A DNA stretch of 64,000 bases from an uncultured bacterium (GTDB taxonomy: Bacteria > Omnitrophota > Omnitrophia > Omnitrophales > Aquincolibacteriaceae), in the NCBI GenBank assembly GCA_964434115.1, contig CAYSSX010000001.1, forward strand, positions 165,855 to 229,854, given 5' to 3'. The notes under the pieces are model-generated. The model was not told the DNA's origin and did no database searches. It was given only the letters and a program-made list of their open reading frames with translations. Both the position numbers and the translations under genes were made by a program. Shown here in pieces: positions 1-7,617 of the stretch (position 1 is its first letter; every line of letters starts with the position of its first letter).

Positions 1-1327
1 TCAGATTCATGGTTTCCTGCATTTTGGCGGATCGGGCGTCGCCCAGAATCGAACGTCCGCCCAAAGCGCGCGGTCCGAATTCCATCCGGCCCTGAAACCA
101 GCCAATGACCTTCTCCTCCGCGATCAAATCCGCGGCGGTTTCCGCGATCTTGGCGTCCGGGACAAAGGTGTAAGGGATTTTTTCCTGTTCCAGAAAGGTT
201 TTGATTTCCTCCGGCGTGTATTCGGGCCCGAGATAAGAGCCTTTTAGAAAATCATGCTTTCCGTCCGCCTTGCGCGGGTGATCAAGGTACTGATACCAGG
301 CAAAGAGGGCCGCGCCCAGGGCGCCGCCGGCATCGCCTGCCGCGGGCTGGATCCAGATTTTTTCAAACGGTCCTTCGCGGAGAAGCCGCCCGTTGGCCAC
401 ACAATTGAGCGCCACGCCGCCGGCAAGGCAGAGGTTCTTCATGCCGGTTTTTTGATGAACATAGCGGGCAATCCTGAGCACGATTTCTTCGGTCACTTCC
501 TGAATGGAGCGCGCGATATCCATGTCTTTTTGCGTGACCTTGGTTTCGCTCTTCCGCGGCGGGCCGCCGAAAAGATCGTGAAAGGCCTTGGAAGTCATTT
601 CAAGACCCGCGGGAAAATTGAAATATTTCATGTTGAGCCGGAAAGACCCGTCATCTTTCAGTTCTACAATTTCCTTGAGAATAAGGTCTTTGTAGCGCGG
701 TTCGCCGTAAGGAGCGAGGCCCATGAGTTTGTATTCGCCGGAATTGACGCGGAACCCCGCGTAGTACGTGAACGCGGAATACAGAAGCCCGAGGGAATGC
801 GGAAAAATAATTTCTTCAAGAAGCGTGACGCGGTTATCTTTGCCAATGCCGAAGCTGGCCGTGGCCCATTCCCCCACGCCGTCCATGGTCAGTACCGCGG
901 CTTCCTGAAACGGGGAAGGAAAAAAAGCGGAGGCTGAATGCGATTCGTGATGCTCCGTGAAAAGGATTTTGCCTTTGTAGCCCCCCAGTTCTTCCCGGAT
1001 CACGTCCTTGGTCCAAAGCTTCCGCTTGATCCAGGTGGGCATGGCTTTGATGAAGGACTTGAGGCCGCGGGGCGTGTAAGCCATATAGGTTTGAAGCAGG
1101 CGCTCGAATTTGACCAAAGGCTTATCGTAAAACACCACGATATCAAGGTCTTCAGGCTTGAGTCCCCCGCCCGCCTTCAGGCAATAGTCCACGGCCTTGG
1201 CCGGAAATTCCGCGTCGTGTTTTTTCCGGGTAAAACGCTCCTCCTGGGCCGCGGCCACGAGATCGCCGTCGCGCACAAGGCAGGCCGCGCTGTCGTGATA
1301 AAAAGCGGAAATCCCAAGAATTTTCAT
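1..1327 (-). CDS. Carbamoyltransferase (NodU/CmcH family), partial; C-terminus lies beyond the left window edge
   Basis: Manual minus-strand translation from the ATG at 1327 is open to position 1 and is absent from the ORF track only because it has no in-window stop. It reads MKILGISAFYHDSAACLVRDGDLVAAAQEERFTRKKHD...LFTEHHESHSASAFFPSPF...GGVALNCVANGRLL..., which is typical of NodU/CmcH O-carbamoyltransferases. Confidence 0.85.
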   Translation of the reverse strand, partial: MKILGISAFYHDSAACLVRDGDLVAAAQEERFTRKKHDAEFPAKAVDYCLKAGGGLKPEDLDIVVFYDKPLVKFERLLQTYMAYTPRGLKSFIKAMPTWIKRKLWTKDVIREELGGYKGKILFTEHHESHSASAFFPSPFQEAAVLTMDGVGEWATASFGIGKDNRVTLLEEIIFPHSLGLLYSAFTYYAGFRVNSGEYKLMGLAPYGEPRYKDLILKEIVELKDDGSFRLNMKYFNFPAGLEMTSKAFHDLFGGPPRKSETKVTQKDMDIARSIQEVTEEIVLRIARYVHQKTGMKNLCLAGGVALNCVANGRLLREGPFEKIWIQPAAGDAGGALGAALFAWYQYLDHPRKADGKHDFLKGSYLGPEYTPEEIKTFLEQEKIPYTFVPDAKIAETAADLIAEEKVIGWFQGRMEFGPRALGGRSILGDARSAKMQETMNL

Positions 1328-1479
1328 GAAGCGTTAAGCCCTTGAAGTTGAAGGCGCTGAGACTGCTGGATGCCGGCCCTTTTTCCAGGATAAGGATTCC
1401 CGGAGGGGCGCGCAAAGCTTGTCTCTAACTATGGACTCTGAATAAACTTAGGTGAGATTACCCTCTTTTGGGGACGGGG

Positions 1480-2709
1480 TCAAGCGGGATTCTGGGAAGA
1501 GGACCTCTGCACAGCGGCTGCCAAAAGCCCGGCAAAAAACCAGAAATGCAGCACCGACTGCGGATTGTGAAGCAAGGTGTCGCTGGCCGCAAAGACAAGG
1601 AAACTGAGCAGGCTCGCGATAAGGCCGGCCGCGAGGTTTCTGTCCGGAGTGCTGAGGTCGCGGGATTTTTTAAAAGCCCCGGTGATGAGAAAAACGAGAA
1701 AGGCGAGAAAGGAAACCAAACCTGGGATGCCGATCTCGGCGCCCATCTGCAAATAACCATTATGCGCGTAGTACTCTTTCACCCGCCAGCTCTTCTGCCG
1801 GTCGTACTTTTCATGCGCCTTGGTGTAGGTGTTGATTCCCGTTCCGGTCAAAGGTTTGGCCTGAATCACATTGACCGCCCGCTGCCAGAGGTCAAAGCGC
1901 TCGACAATGGATTGTTCCTTGCGGTTGATGTCCAGGTGAATCAAAACGTTTTTGGGAAGCATCAGGCACCCGATGCCTGCGGCCAGCACAAGGGCCAGCG
2001 CGATTTTCCACTTGCGGTACAAAAGCAGCGTTAAAAAACTTCCGCCCAGAAGGCCGAGCCATGCCCCGCGCGAGCGTGTGAGGTAGAGACAGAACAAACC
2101 TTCAAAGGCCAGAATGAAAAGCAGGATTTGATAACGGGATTTTTTGACCGCGTTAAAGGCCAGAGCAAGAACCACCGGAACCGTGAGCACCAGAAAGGCC
2201 GCGAGCAGACCGTAGGATTTAAAAGAGGAAGTGATCCTAAGTCCAGTGGAGGCATCCACGGCCCGGAAATGGCGGACAAAATCCCAGCCGGTCACGTATT
2301 GAAACAGGCCGTCCGCCACCACCAGGCCATAGGAACAAAGAAGGACTTTTTCCGTCAGGGTCCAGGATTTCAAGTCCCGCGGAATCCGGGCCACTAAAAT
2401 GAACAGGGCCACCTGCTGAAGCACTTTGAAAATGCCGCGGAAACTTTGTTTGGGAAACTCCGACCAGGTGTACGAAAGCAGGACAATGCCCGTGTAGACC
2501 GCGAGCGCCGCCAAAGCAGGACGGTCAAGACCCGTGAAAGGGTTTCTTTTTTCCAGAACCAGCAAGAGGACGGTCACAAGAAGGGCCGCGACGGTGGCGA
2601 TTTCAATCAGCGCGGTGGAAAACGTAAAGGCCGCGAGAAGGGCGAGGAGCGAGTAAAGAAGAATTTTTTCCCATGGAAGCTGGCGGAAATTCAGCGGCGC
2701 TTTAAGCAT
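1480..2709 (-). CDS. O-antigen ligase/polymerase family (Wzy_C) polytopic membrane protein
   Basis: 409 aa with many transmembrane segments. It has the LTRSRGAWLGLLGG motif (S-R-x-A/G-W) and a large periplasmic loop, typical of the Wzy_C/WaaL family. Confidence 0.75.
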   Translation of the reverse strand: MLKAPLNFRQLPWEKILLYSLLALLAAFTFSTALIEIATVAALLVTVLLLVLEKRNPFTGLDRPALAALAVYTGIVLLSYTWSEFPKQSFRGIFKVLQQVALFILVARIPRDLKSWTLTEKVLLCSYGLVVADGLFQYVTGWDFVRHFRAVDASTGLRITSSFKSYGLLAAFLVLTVPVVLALAFNAVKKSRYQILLFILAFEGLFCLYLTRSRGAWLGLLGGSFLTLLLYRKWKIALALVLAAGIGCLMLPKNVLIHLDINRKEQSIVERFDLWQRAVNVIQAKPLTGTGINTYTKAHEKYDRQKSWRVKEYYAHNGYLQMGAEIGIPGLVSFLAFLVFLITGAFKKSRDLSTPDRNLAAGLIASLLSFLVFAASDTLLHNPQSVLHFWFFAGLLAAAVQRSSSQNPA

Positions 2710-2738
2710 CGGTCCCCTGTTCCTTTTTCCGGCCGGCT

Positions 2739-4028
2739 TCAGGCCGGGATGATTTCAAAACGCCGTTCCTGAATGGAGCTTTCCAGGGCGGTCTGCGGGC
2801 CGGGCAGCGGGAGAACGAAACGCACTCCCTTGTCTTTCCAATGGCCGATTTTTTTCAGGATCTCGCGGGCGAAATTCCACGCGAAAATAACAATGATGTC
2901 CACAGGCTGTTTTTCCAGTTCACTGCTCGGGCGGATGGGAATCTTGACGCCCGGCGTCAGGTAGTTCTGTTTCAGCGGATTGTCGTCCACCACGTAATCA
3001 ATATCGTTCGCGGTCAAACCGTAGAAATTGAGGATGGTGCTGGCCTTGGCCGGCGCGCCGTAACCCGCGATTTTTTTACCCGCAGCCTTCTCGCGCGCGA
3101 TCATGGCGCGGAAATCGTCCCGGATGCCCATCACCCGCTTGGCGAAATCCTGGTAAACCGCGCCGCTCAGATAGCCGCCGTCTTTTTCCTTCCGGAGAAA
3201 ATGCTCCACGGATTCGTGAACCGGGCGGCCGCCTGTTTTCTTCTGCATAAAGACCCTGAGCGATCCGCCGTGCGACGGGACAAAATCAATGCGGAAAATC
3301 TCAAGCCCGAATTTTTCCACGACATATTTCAGGGAATGAACCGCGATATAGGAAAGATGCTCGTGATAAATCATGTCGAAGAGCAGTTCTTCCACCATGG
3401 TGACGAGATAAGGAAACTCAATGACAAAAAGACCCTTGTCGTCCAGAAGATCGGAGACATTGCGAAGCACGCTGTGGATGTCGTCGATGTGCGCGAACAC
3501 ATTGTTGCCGCTGATGGCGTGGGCCTTGCCGTGCTGGGCGATGATCGTTTTCACGCATTCGGCGTCAAAATAACGGTTGAGCGTGGGAAAGCCGTTTTTG
3601 TTGGCCTGCTCCGCGAGGTTTTTCGCGGGGTCCACGCCGACCGAACGCATCCCCTCTTTCATGTAGCAGGAAACAAGAAGCCCGTCGTTGCTGCCGATGT
3701 CCACCGCCAGCGGAGAGTCCACGCCCGCGATTTTTTCACGCACCGAATGGGCGTAAGCGGCAAAGTGGTCCCGGAAAGTCTGGGTCGTGGAGCTGACATA
3801 AAGGTAATGCGAGAACATCAGGTCAGGCGGCACCACATGCGAGAGCTGGACCAGGCCTGATTCCGGCGACCAGACAAGGCTCAGCGGGCACGTGAACTCC
3901 GGCTTGTCTTTGTCTTCGGGCCGGACATAGGAATTGGCCAAAGCCATGGTTCCGAGTTCGAGAAACGGTTTACCAAGCGGTGCGCCGGAGTAACGGCAGG
4001 CTGTTTTTTTATAAGGGTCTTGAGGCAT
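2739..4028 (-). CDS. SAM-dependent NDP-hexose C-methyltransferase-like protein (TylCIII/NovU family)
   Basis: 429 aa with an N-terminal Cys-containing putative zinc-binding region. A class I methyltransferase core (VDIGSNDGLL) is followed by a C-methyltransferase-type C-terminal domain (GYGAPAKASTILNFYGL). Confidence 0.7.
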   Translation of the reverse strand: MPQDPYKKTACRYSGAPLGKPFLELGTMALANSYVRPEDKDKPEFTCPLSLVWSPESGLVQLSHVVPPDLMFSHYLYVSSTTQTFRDHFAAYAHSVREKIAGVDSPLAVDIGSNDGLLVSCYMKEGMRSVGVDPAKNLAEQANKNGFPTLNRYFDAECVKTIIAQHGKAHAISGNNVFAHIDDIHSVLRNVSDLLDDKGLFVIEFPYLVTMVEELLFDMIYHEHLSYIAVHSLKYVVEKFGLEIFRIDFVPSHGGSLRVFMQKKTGGRPVHESVEHFLRKEKDGGYLSGAVYQDFAKRVMGIRDDFRAMIAREKAAGKKIAGYGAPAKASTILNFYGLTANDIDYVVDDNPLKQNYLTPGVKIPIRPSSELEKQPVDIIVIFAWNFAREILKKIGHWKDKGVRFVLPLPGPQTALESSIQERRFEIIPA

Positions 4029-4042
4029 GATTTTCCTCGGGG

Positions 4043-4816
4043 TTAAGCCGTGGGCATGGGGTTGACTGCGAAAATTTTTCCGTGGCGGATCACGACATCG
4101 CTTCCCGAAGCTACCGGAAAACGGTCTTCCACAATATCCATAATGACGGAGGCCACGAAATCAGGGCTCTGCTGCTTGTCCGCGTCCTTTTGTCCAAAAA
4201 GAGCGGCGCGCATTTCCGTGTTCATGCCGCCCGGGCAGATGTTCAGGCACTTCAGCGAAGTGTCTGAGTTTTCTTTGGCCACGCACTGCGTCAAAGCGGC
4301 CATGCCGTATTTGGAGGCGGAGTAAGCAAAGAGTTTGGGGACGCCCCGGATTCCAGCCATGGAAGAAATATTGAGAATGAGTCCGCCATTGCCCTGCTTC
4401 CGGAAAACGGGAATCAAGTGTTTGGTAAGGAGAAAAGCGGAAGTGAGGTTGGAACGGATCATCTGCTCAAAATCCTTCAGCGGAGTCAAAGCCACGGGCT
4501 GAAGCGTTCCCCCGATGCCGGCATTGTTGATCAGGATATCGACGGGCTTCCCCTGGCGTGCCATTTTCTGGCAGAACGCCTTCACCTGGGCCTCCGAGGT
4601 CAAATCCACCTGGGCCATGGTCAGGCTTCCCGCGGAAGACGTTTTGCCCCCCGCCCGCGCCGGCATTTTCCCGGCGCCGGGAAAATCCGGAAGCGCTTTC
4701 CAGTTTTTGCGTGTCCGGCTGACGCCGATGACCTCGTCGCCGGCCGCGGCAAATTTCTCAGCCAAACTCCGGCCCAGGCCTCGGGAGGCGCCTGTGATAA
4801 TGACCCTGCGGTTCAT
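4043..4816 (-). CDS. SDR family oxidoreductase
   Basis: ITGASRGLGRSLA Rossmann motif, a YSASK catalytic motif and NNAG; 257 aa. Confidence 0.85.
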   Translation of the reverse strand: MNRRVIITGASRGLGRSLAEKFAAAGDEVIGVSRTRKNWKALPDFPGAGKMPARAGGKTSSAGSLTMAQVDLTSEAQVKAFCQKMARQGKPVDILINNAGIGGTLQPVALTPLKDFEQMIRSNLTSAFLLTKHLIPVFRKQGNGGLILNISSMAGIRGVPKLFAYSASKYGMAALTQCVAKENSDTSLKCLNICPGGMNTEMRAALFGQKDADKQQSPDFVASVIMDIVEDRFPVASGSDVVIRHGKIFAVNPMPTA

Positions 4817-4852
4817 GGAAATCCCCGGGTTGTGAAAGGTTGCAAGAAAAGG

Positions 4853-5269
4853 CTATTTCACGGAAGCGGTTTTCAATGCCGGATTAATATAGCCTTCCAC
4901 CACTTTATAGGCAATCGTGTCTTCCTCGTATTTTCCGCTTTCGCGTTCCAGCGTGGTGAACGCGAGAAACACCGAGTCCTGCGTGAATTTCTGGGCGTGC
5001 GCGATGTACGCCGGTGTTTCCACGATATCGCCGGGCTTGACCTGAAGCACCTGGCGCTTCGAGGTATCGCGGGTGTCCACGGAGTGGCTTTCATAGGCGC
5101 CGCTGATAAGGTAAATGTACTGGTGGTCTTTTTTGTGGTAGTGGTTCGCGCGCACCGTTCCGGCCTTGGAGGTAATCATGGCCACATGCCCCAAGTGACC
5201 TTCGAACAAATTGTGAATTTCCCCGCGGGCGTCGACGAATGCGGGATCAATGTGGCGGATGTTTTCCAT
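4853..5269 (-). CDS. Cupin-fold protein, probably sugar 3,4-ketoisomerase-like (FdtA/WxcM C-terminal domain family)
   Basis: 138 aa. It has an NHYHKKDHQY His cluster and the cupin size and context typical of dTDP-sugar isomerases in deoxysugar clusters. This is a family-level guess only. Confidence 0.45.
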   Translation of the reverse strand: MENIRHIDPAFVDARGEIHNLFEGHLGHVAMITSKAGTVRANHYHKKDHQYIYLISGAYESHSVDTRDTSKRQVLQVKPGDIVETPAYIAHAQKFTQDSVFLAFTTLERESGKYEEDTIAYKVVEGYINPALKTASVK

Positions 5270-5317
5270 GGTGGTTATCTCCTTGCTTGTTTGGGTGACT
5301 TATAAAAAGGTTTAGGG

Positions 5318-6679
5318 TTAACGGTCAGAGGCTTCAGAAAACCAGCGGACCGTACGGCGGACCCCTTCGGAAAGCGAAATCTTGGGTTCAAAGCCGGTGA
5401 TGCGCTGTAACTTTGAAATGTCCGGGCAGCGGCGTTTCGGGTCAGAGCTGGCGTAAACCGCGTGCGGCGGATCAATGCTGACCACTTCCACCTTGTGCGG
5501 CATGGCGTCGCGGACCAAATAGGCCAGATCGCGCACCGAGATTTCCGGTGACGGGTTGCCGATGTTGAAGTACTCCCCGCTTTCTTTCGCGAAAAGCACC
5601 CGGAAAATGGCTTCAACAGCGTCGCTGATATAACAAAAGGAGCGGGTGTTGCGTCCGTCCCCGTGAATCGGCAGCGGCTCTTTGCGGAGCGCGTGTTCAA
5701 TGAAGTTCGGCAGCACGCGGTAATCATCCGGCCGGATTCCGGGGCCGTAGACATTGAACGGGCGGACGATCTTGACCGGCACGTTGAAGGTTCTCCAGAA
5801 CGCCAGGCACATGGTTTCGCCGAAACGCTTGGACTCGTCATAGCAGGAGCGCGGCCCGGTAATCGATACATTGCCGTAATACTCTTCGTTCGTGGGCACG
5901 TGTTTGGGGTCCGGGTCGCCGTACACTTCGCTGGAACTGGTGAAAAGAAATCCCGAGACGTTCTTTTTATAAGCCAGCTCAAGCATGTGGCGTGTTCCCA
6001 CGGTGCCCACATCCATGGTCTCAATCGGGTATTTCGTGTAGTACGCGGGCGAAGCGATGCCTGCCGCGTGAATGATGTAATCCACCTCTTCCGGGGTTTC
6101 AAAGGGGTTGATCACATTGTGGCGGTGAAAAATAAGATTCTTGTCGGAGATCACGCGCTGTTCGTAGCCGGTCACAAAGTTGTCGAGAAGCAAGGCCCGG
6201 GTTTTTTCTTCCAGAACCGCCTCATTCAAATATTTCAGAAGATGCACCATGTAGCGGCCGAGAAAGCCGTAGGCGCCGGTGATCAAAAAGGTCTTTCCCG
6301 CGAAAAACTTATGGTACGGCCGCAGGGCCTCGGCCAGGTTTTGAATGTCTTCCCGGATGACTTTGGATTCCGTGAGCGCGGCCACATTGGCGCGTTTGCC
6401 CGCGGGAGCCTTGGTTTTGCGCGCGGGTTCTGCCGGCGCTTTCACAGCCGCGTTCTTTTTGGACTTTGAAGAGGCGGCCTGAACCGCGCCTTCTTCCGTG
6501 TCGAGTCCCTGGGTAATGTAGGTCTTGATCAGCTGCTGATAGCCCATGTCCCCTTTTTGTCCAGCCACGCCGCGGAGTTCTTCGATCATGCCCTTGGGCA
6601 TACGGATCGAGATCAGCTTGCTGTCCTTTTCCTGGGAAGCGGTCTTGTCTTTTTCTGAGGCTTTTGTTTTAGAGGGCAT
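5318..6679 (-). CDS. NAD-dependent epimerase/dehydratase (UXS/ArnA-decarboxylase-like extended SDR) with an N-terminal BrnA-like ribbon-helix-helix domain and a Lys/Ala/Pro-rich linker
   Basis: The track ORF starts at 6745. The likely start is the ATG at 6679, preceded by GAGGAA. The N-terminus (KLISIRMPKGMIEELRGVAGQKGDMGYQQLIKTYITQGL) matches the BrnA/CopG-type antitoxin ribbon-helix-helix motif (ISIRL...GKGYQT.IN). A KAPAEPARKTKAPAGKR linker follows. The catalytic part has TGAYGFLG, YDESKR and the extended-SDR C-terminal domain. Confidence 0.75.
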   Translation of the reverse strand: MPSKTKASEKDKTASQEKDSKLISIRMPKGMIEELRGVAGQKGDMGYQQLIKTYITQGLDTEEGAVQAASSKSKKNAAVKAPAEPARKTKAPAGKRANVAALTESKVIREDIQNLAEALRPYHKFFAGKTFLITGAYGFLGRYMVHLLKYLNEAVLEEKTRALLLDNFVTGYEQRVISDKNLIFHRHNVINPFETPEEVDYIIHAAGIASPAYYTKYPIETMDVGTVGTRHMLELAYKKNVSGFLFTSSSEVYGDPDPKHVPTNEEYYGNVSITGPRSCYDESKRFGETMCLAFWRTFNVPVKIVRPFNVYGPGIRPDDYRVLPNFIEHALRKEPLPIHGDGRNTRSFCYISDAVEAIFRVLFAKESGEYFNIGNPSPEISVRDLAYLVRDAMPHKVEVVSIDPPHAVYASSDPKRRCPDISKLQRITGFEPKISLSEGVRRTVRWFSEASDR

Positions 6680-6705
6680 AGTTCCTCGCTTTGACGTTAG
6701 GTCGT

Positions 6706-6745
6706 GTATATACGTTCTGAAGGCGTAGTAAAATTGTATATACAA
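6706..6745. promoter_or_regulatory. Two palindromic operator-like sites (GTATATAC at 6706-6713; TTGTATATACAA at 6734-6745) in the divergent intergenic region
   Basis: Perfect 8-bp and 12-bp palindromes share the GTATATAC core. Their centres are 30 bp apart, about three helical turns, and they lie between the divergent epimerase (minus) and GT2 (plus) genes. Confidence 0.5.
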
Positions 6746-6796
6746 AATTCAGGGGTGTCAAATATCTTTTTTCCGCGCCCCCGCCTGTCATGCGGC

Positions 6797-6825
6797 TTGA
6801 CAGAAAATGCCGCTTCCACTATCGT
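6797..6825 (+). promoter_or_regulatory. Sigma70-like promoter (TTGACA-N17-TATCGT) for the GT2 gene, predicting a leaderless mRNA
   Basis: -35 TTGACA at 6797-6802, a 17-nt spacer, and -10 TATCGT at 6820-6825. The ATG at 6832 is about 7 nt downstream, so the transcript would begin at or next to the start codon. No Shine-Dalgarno motif is present. Confidence 0.4.
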
Positions 6826-6831
6826 TTCCCC

Positions 6832-7617
6832 ATGACTTTTCAAAGCGCCCCCGAGCCGGACATCAGTTTTATTATTCCCGTTTACAACGAGGAACAGAAC
6901 ATCGTCGGAGTCTTCCGCGATCTGTTCGATGTGATTGCCAAAAACCCGTCCTGGAAAACCGAAGTCATCGTGATCGAGGACGGCAGTAAGGACCGCACCC
7001 GGGAAGTGGTCCTCAACCTGGCCAAGCAATACCCCACGGCCCGCCTTATCATGCACTTGAAAAACCAAGGGTACAATCAGTCCATGCGCGACGGCATCGC
7101 CGAGGCCCGCGGGCGTTACTTGATGTACATCGGGGCGGACGAGGAATTTGACTGTTCCGAAGTCCCATCTTTCGTGAACCCCTTGCTGGAAGAAGGCGAA
7201 GGGCATGCCGATGTGGTGCTGGGCGTGCGCTGGCAGCGGAATGCCTACAAACTCCACCGCTTTTTTATTTCCGTGATTTATATCTTTCTTCTGAACGCCA
7301 TGTTCAAGCTGAGGGTCAATGATTACAACTGGTCCCAGGCCTGGAGCCGTGACCTGATCCGTTCCATTGATCTGGAATCCCGCTCCCTTTTTATGCTTCC
7401 CGAAATGATTATCAAGGCCTTTGACCTTGGCTTTAAGGTTAAAGAGGTTCCTTCCAATCACCGCGGCCGCCGCTGGGGCAAATCATCCCTCAATATGAAA
7501 ATTATGGGGTTCGCGCTCTGGGAATCGATCCGGTTTTACTTTGCCCGGCAGTCGAAAAATTATACGCCCGGCCGTCGCCCCCGCGAAACGCCTGCTAAGT
7601 CTCCGGTAGCCGGCTAG
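6832..7617 (+). CDS. GT2 polyprenol-phosphate glycosyltransferase (GtrB/ArnC/DPM1-like) with C-terminal transmembrane helices
   Basis: ISFIIPVYNEE, EDGSKD and GADEEFD motifs (DXD-type). The C-terminal hydrophobic segment FFISVIYIFLLNAMF is typical of bactoprenol-phosphate sugar synthases. The track ORF begins at 6790, but that ATG lies inside the predicted -35 region, so the start is set at 6832. Confidence 0.8.
   Translation: MTFQSAPEPDISFIIPVYNEEQNIVGVFRDLFDVIAKNPSWKTEVIVIEDGSKDRTREVVLNLAKQYPTARLIMHLKNQGYNQSMRDGIAEARGRYLMYIGADEEFDCSEVPSFVNPLLEEGEGHADVVLGVRWQRNAYKLHRFFISVIYIFLLNAMFKLRVNDYNWSQAWSRDLIRSIDLESRSLFMLPEMIIKAFDLGFKVKEVPSNHRGRRWGKSSLNMKIMGFALWESIRFYFARQSKNYTPGRRPRETPAKSPVAG

Noticed and set aside
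254-937. Long plus-strand ORFs antisense to real genes. Others are at 938-1345, 1468-2034, 2841-3860, 5663-6469, 8670-9215, 10926-11741, 12886-13503, 21079-21642, 26318-27340, 27524-28243, 35189-35713, 37996-38811, 44141-45616, 48010-49083, 49595-50251, 50518-51165, 58402-58983, 59177-59944 and 60449-61036.
   Set aside because: These are shadow ORFs, which are typical of high-GC DNA. Their translations are Arg/Gly/Phe-rich low-complexity sequence with no domain signatures. Each lies fully inside a well-supported gene on the opposite strand.
5318-6745. BrnA-like motif as part of a type II toxin-antitoxin (BrnT/BrnA) module
   Set aside because: There is no BrnT or other toxin ORF adjacent on either strand. 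The motif is in-frame with and fused to the SDR enzyme, so I interpret it as a fused regulatory domain and not a toxin-antitoxin pair.
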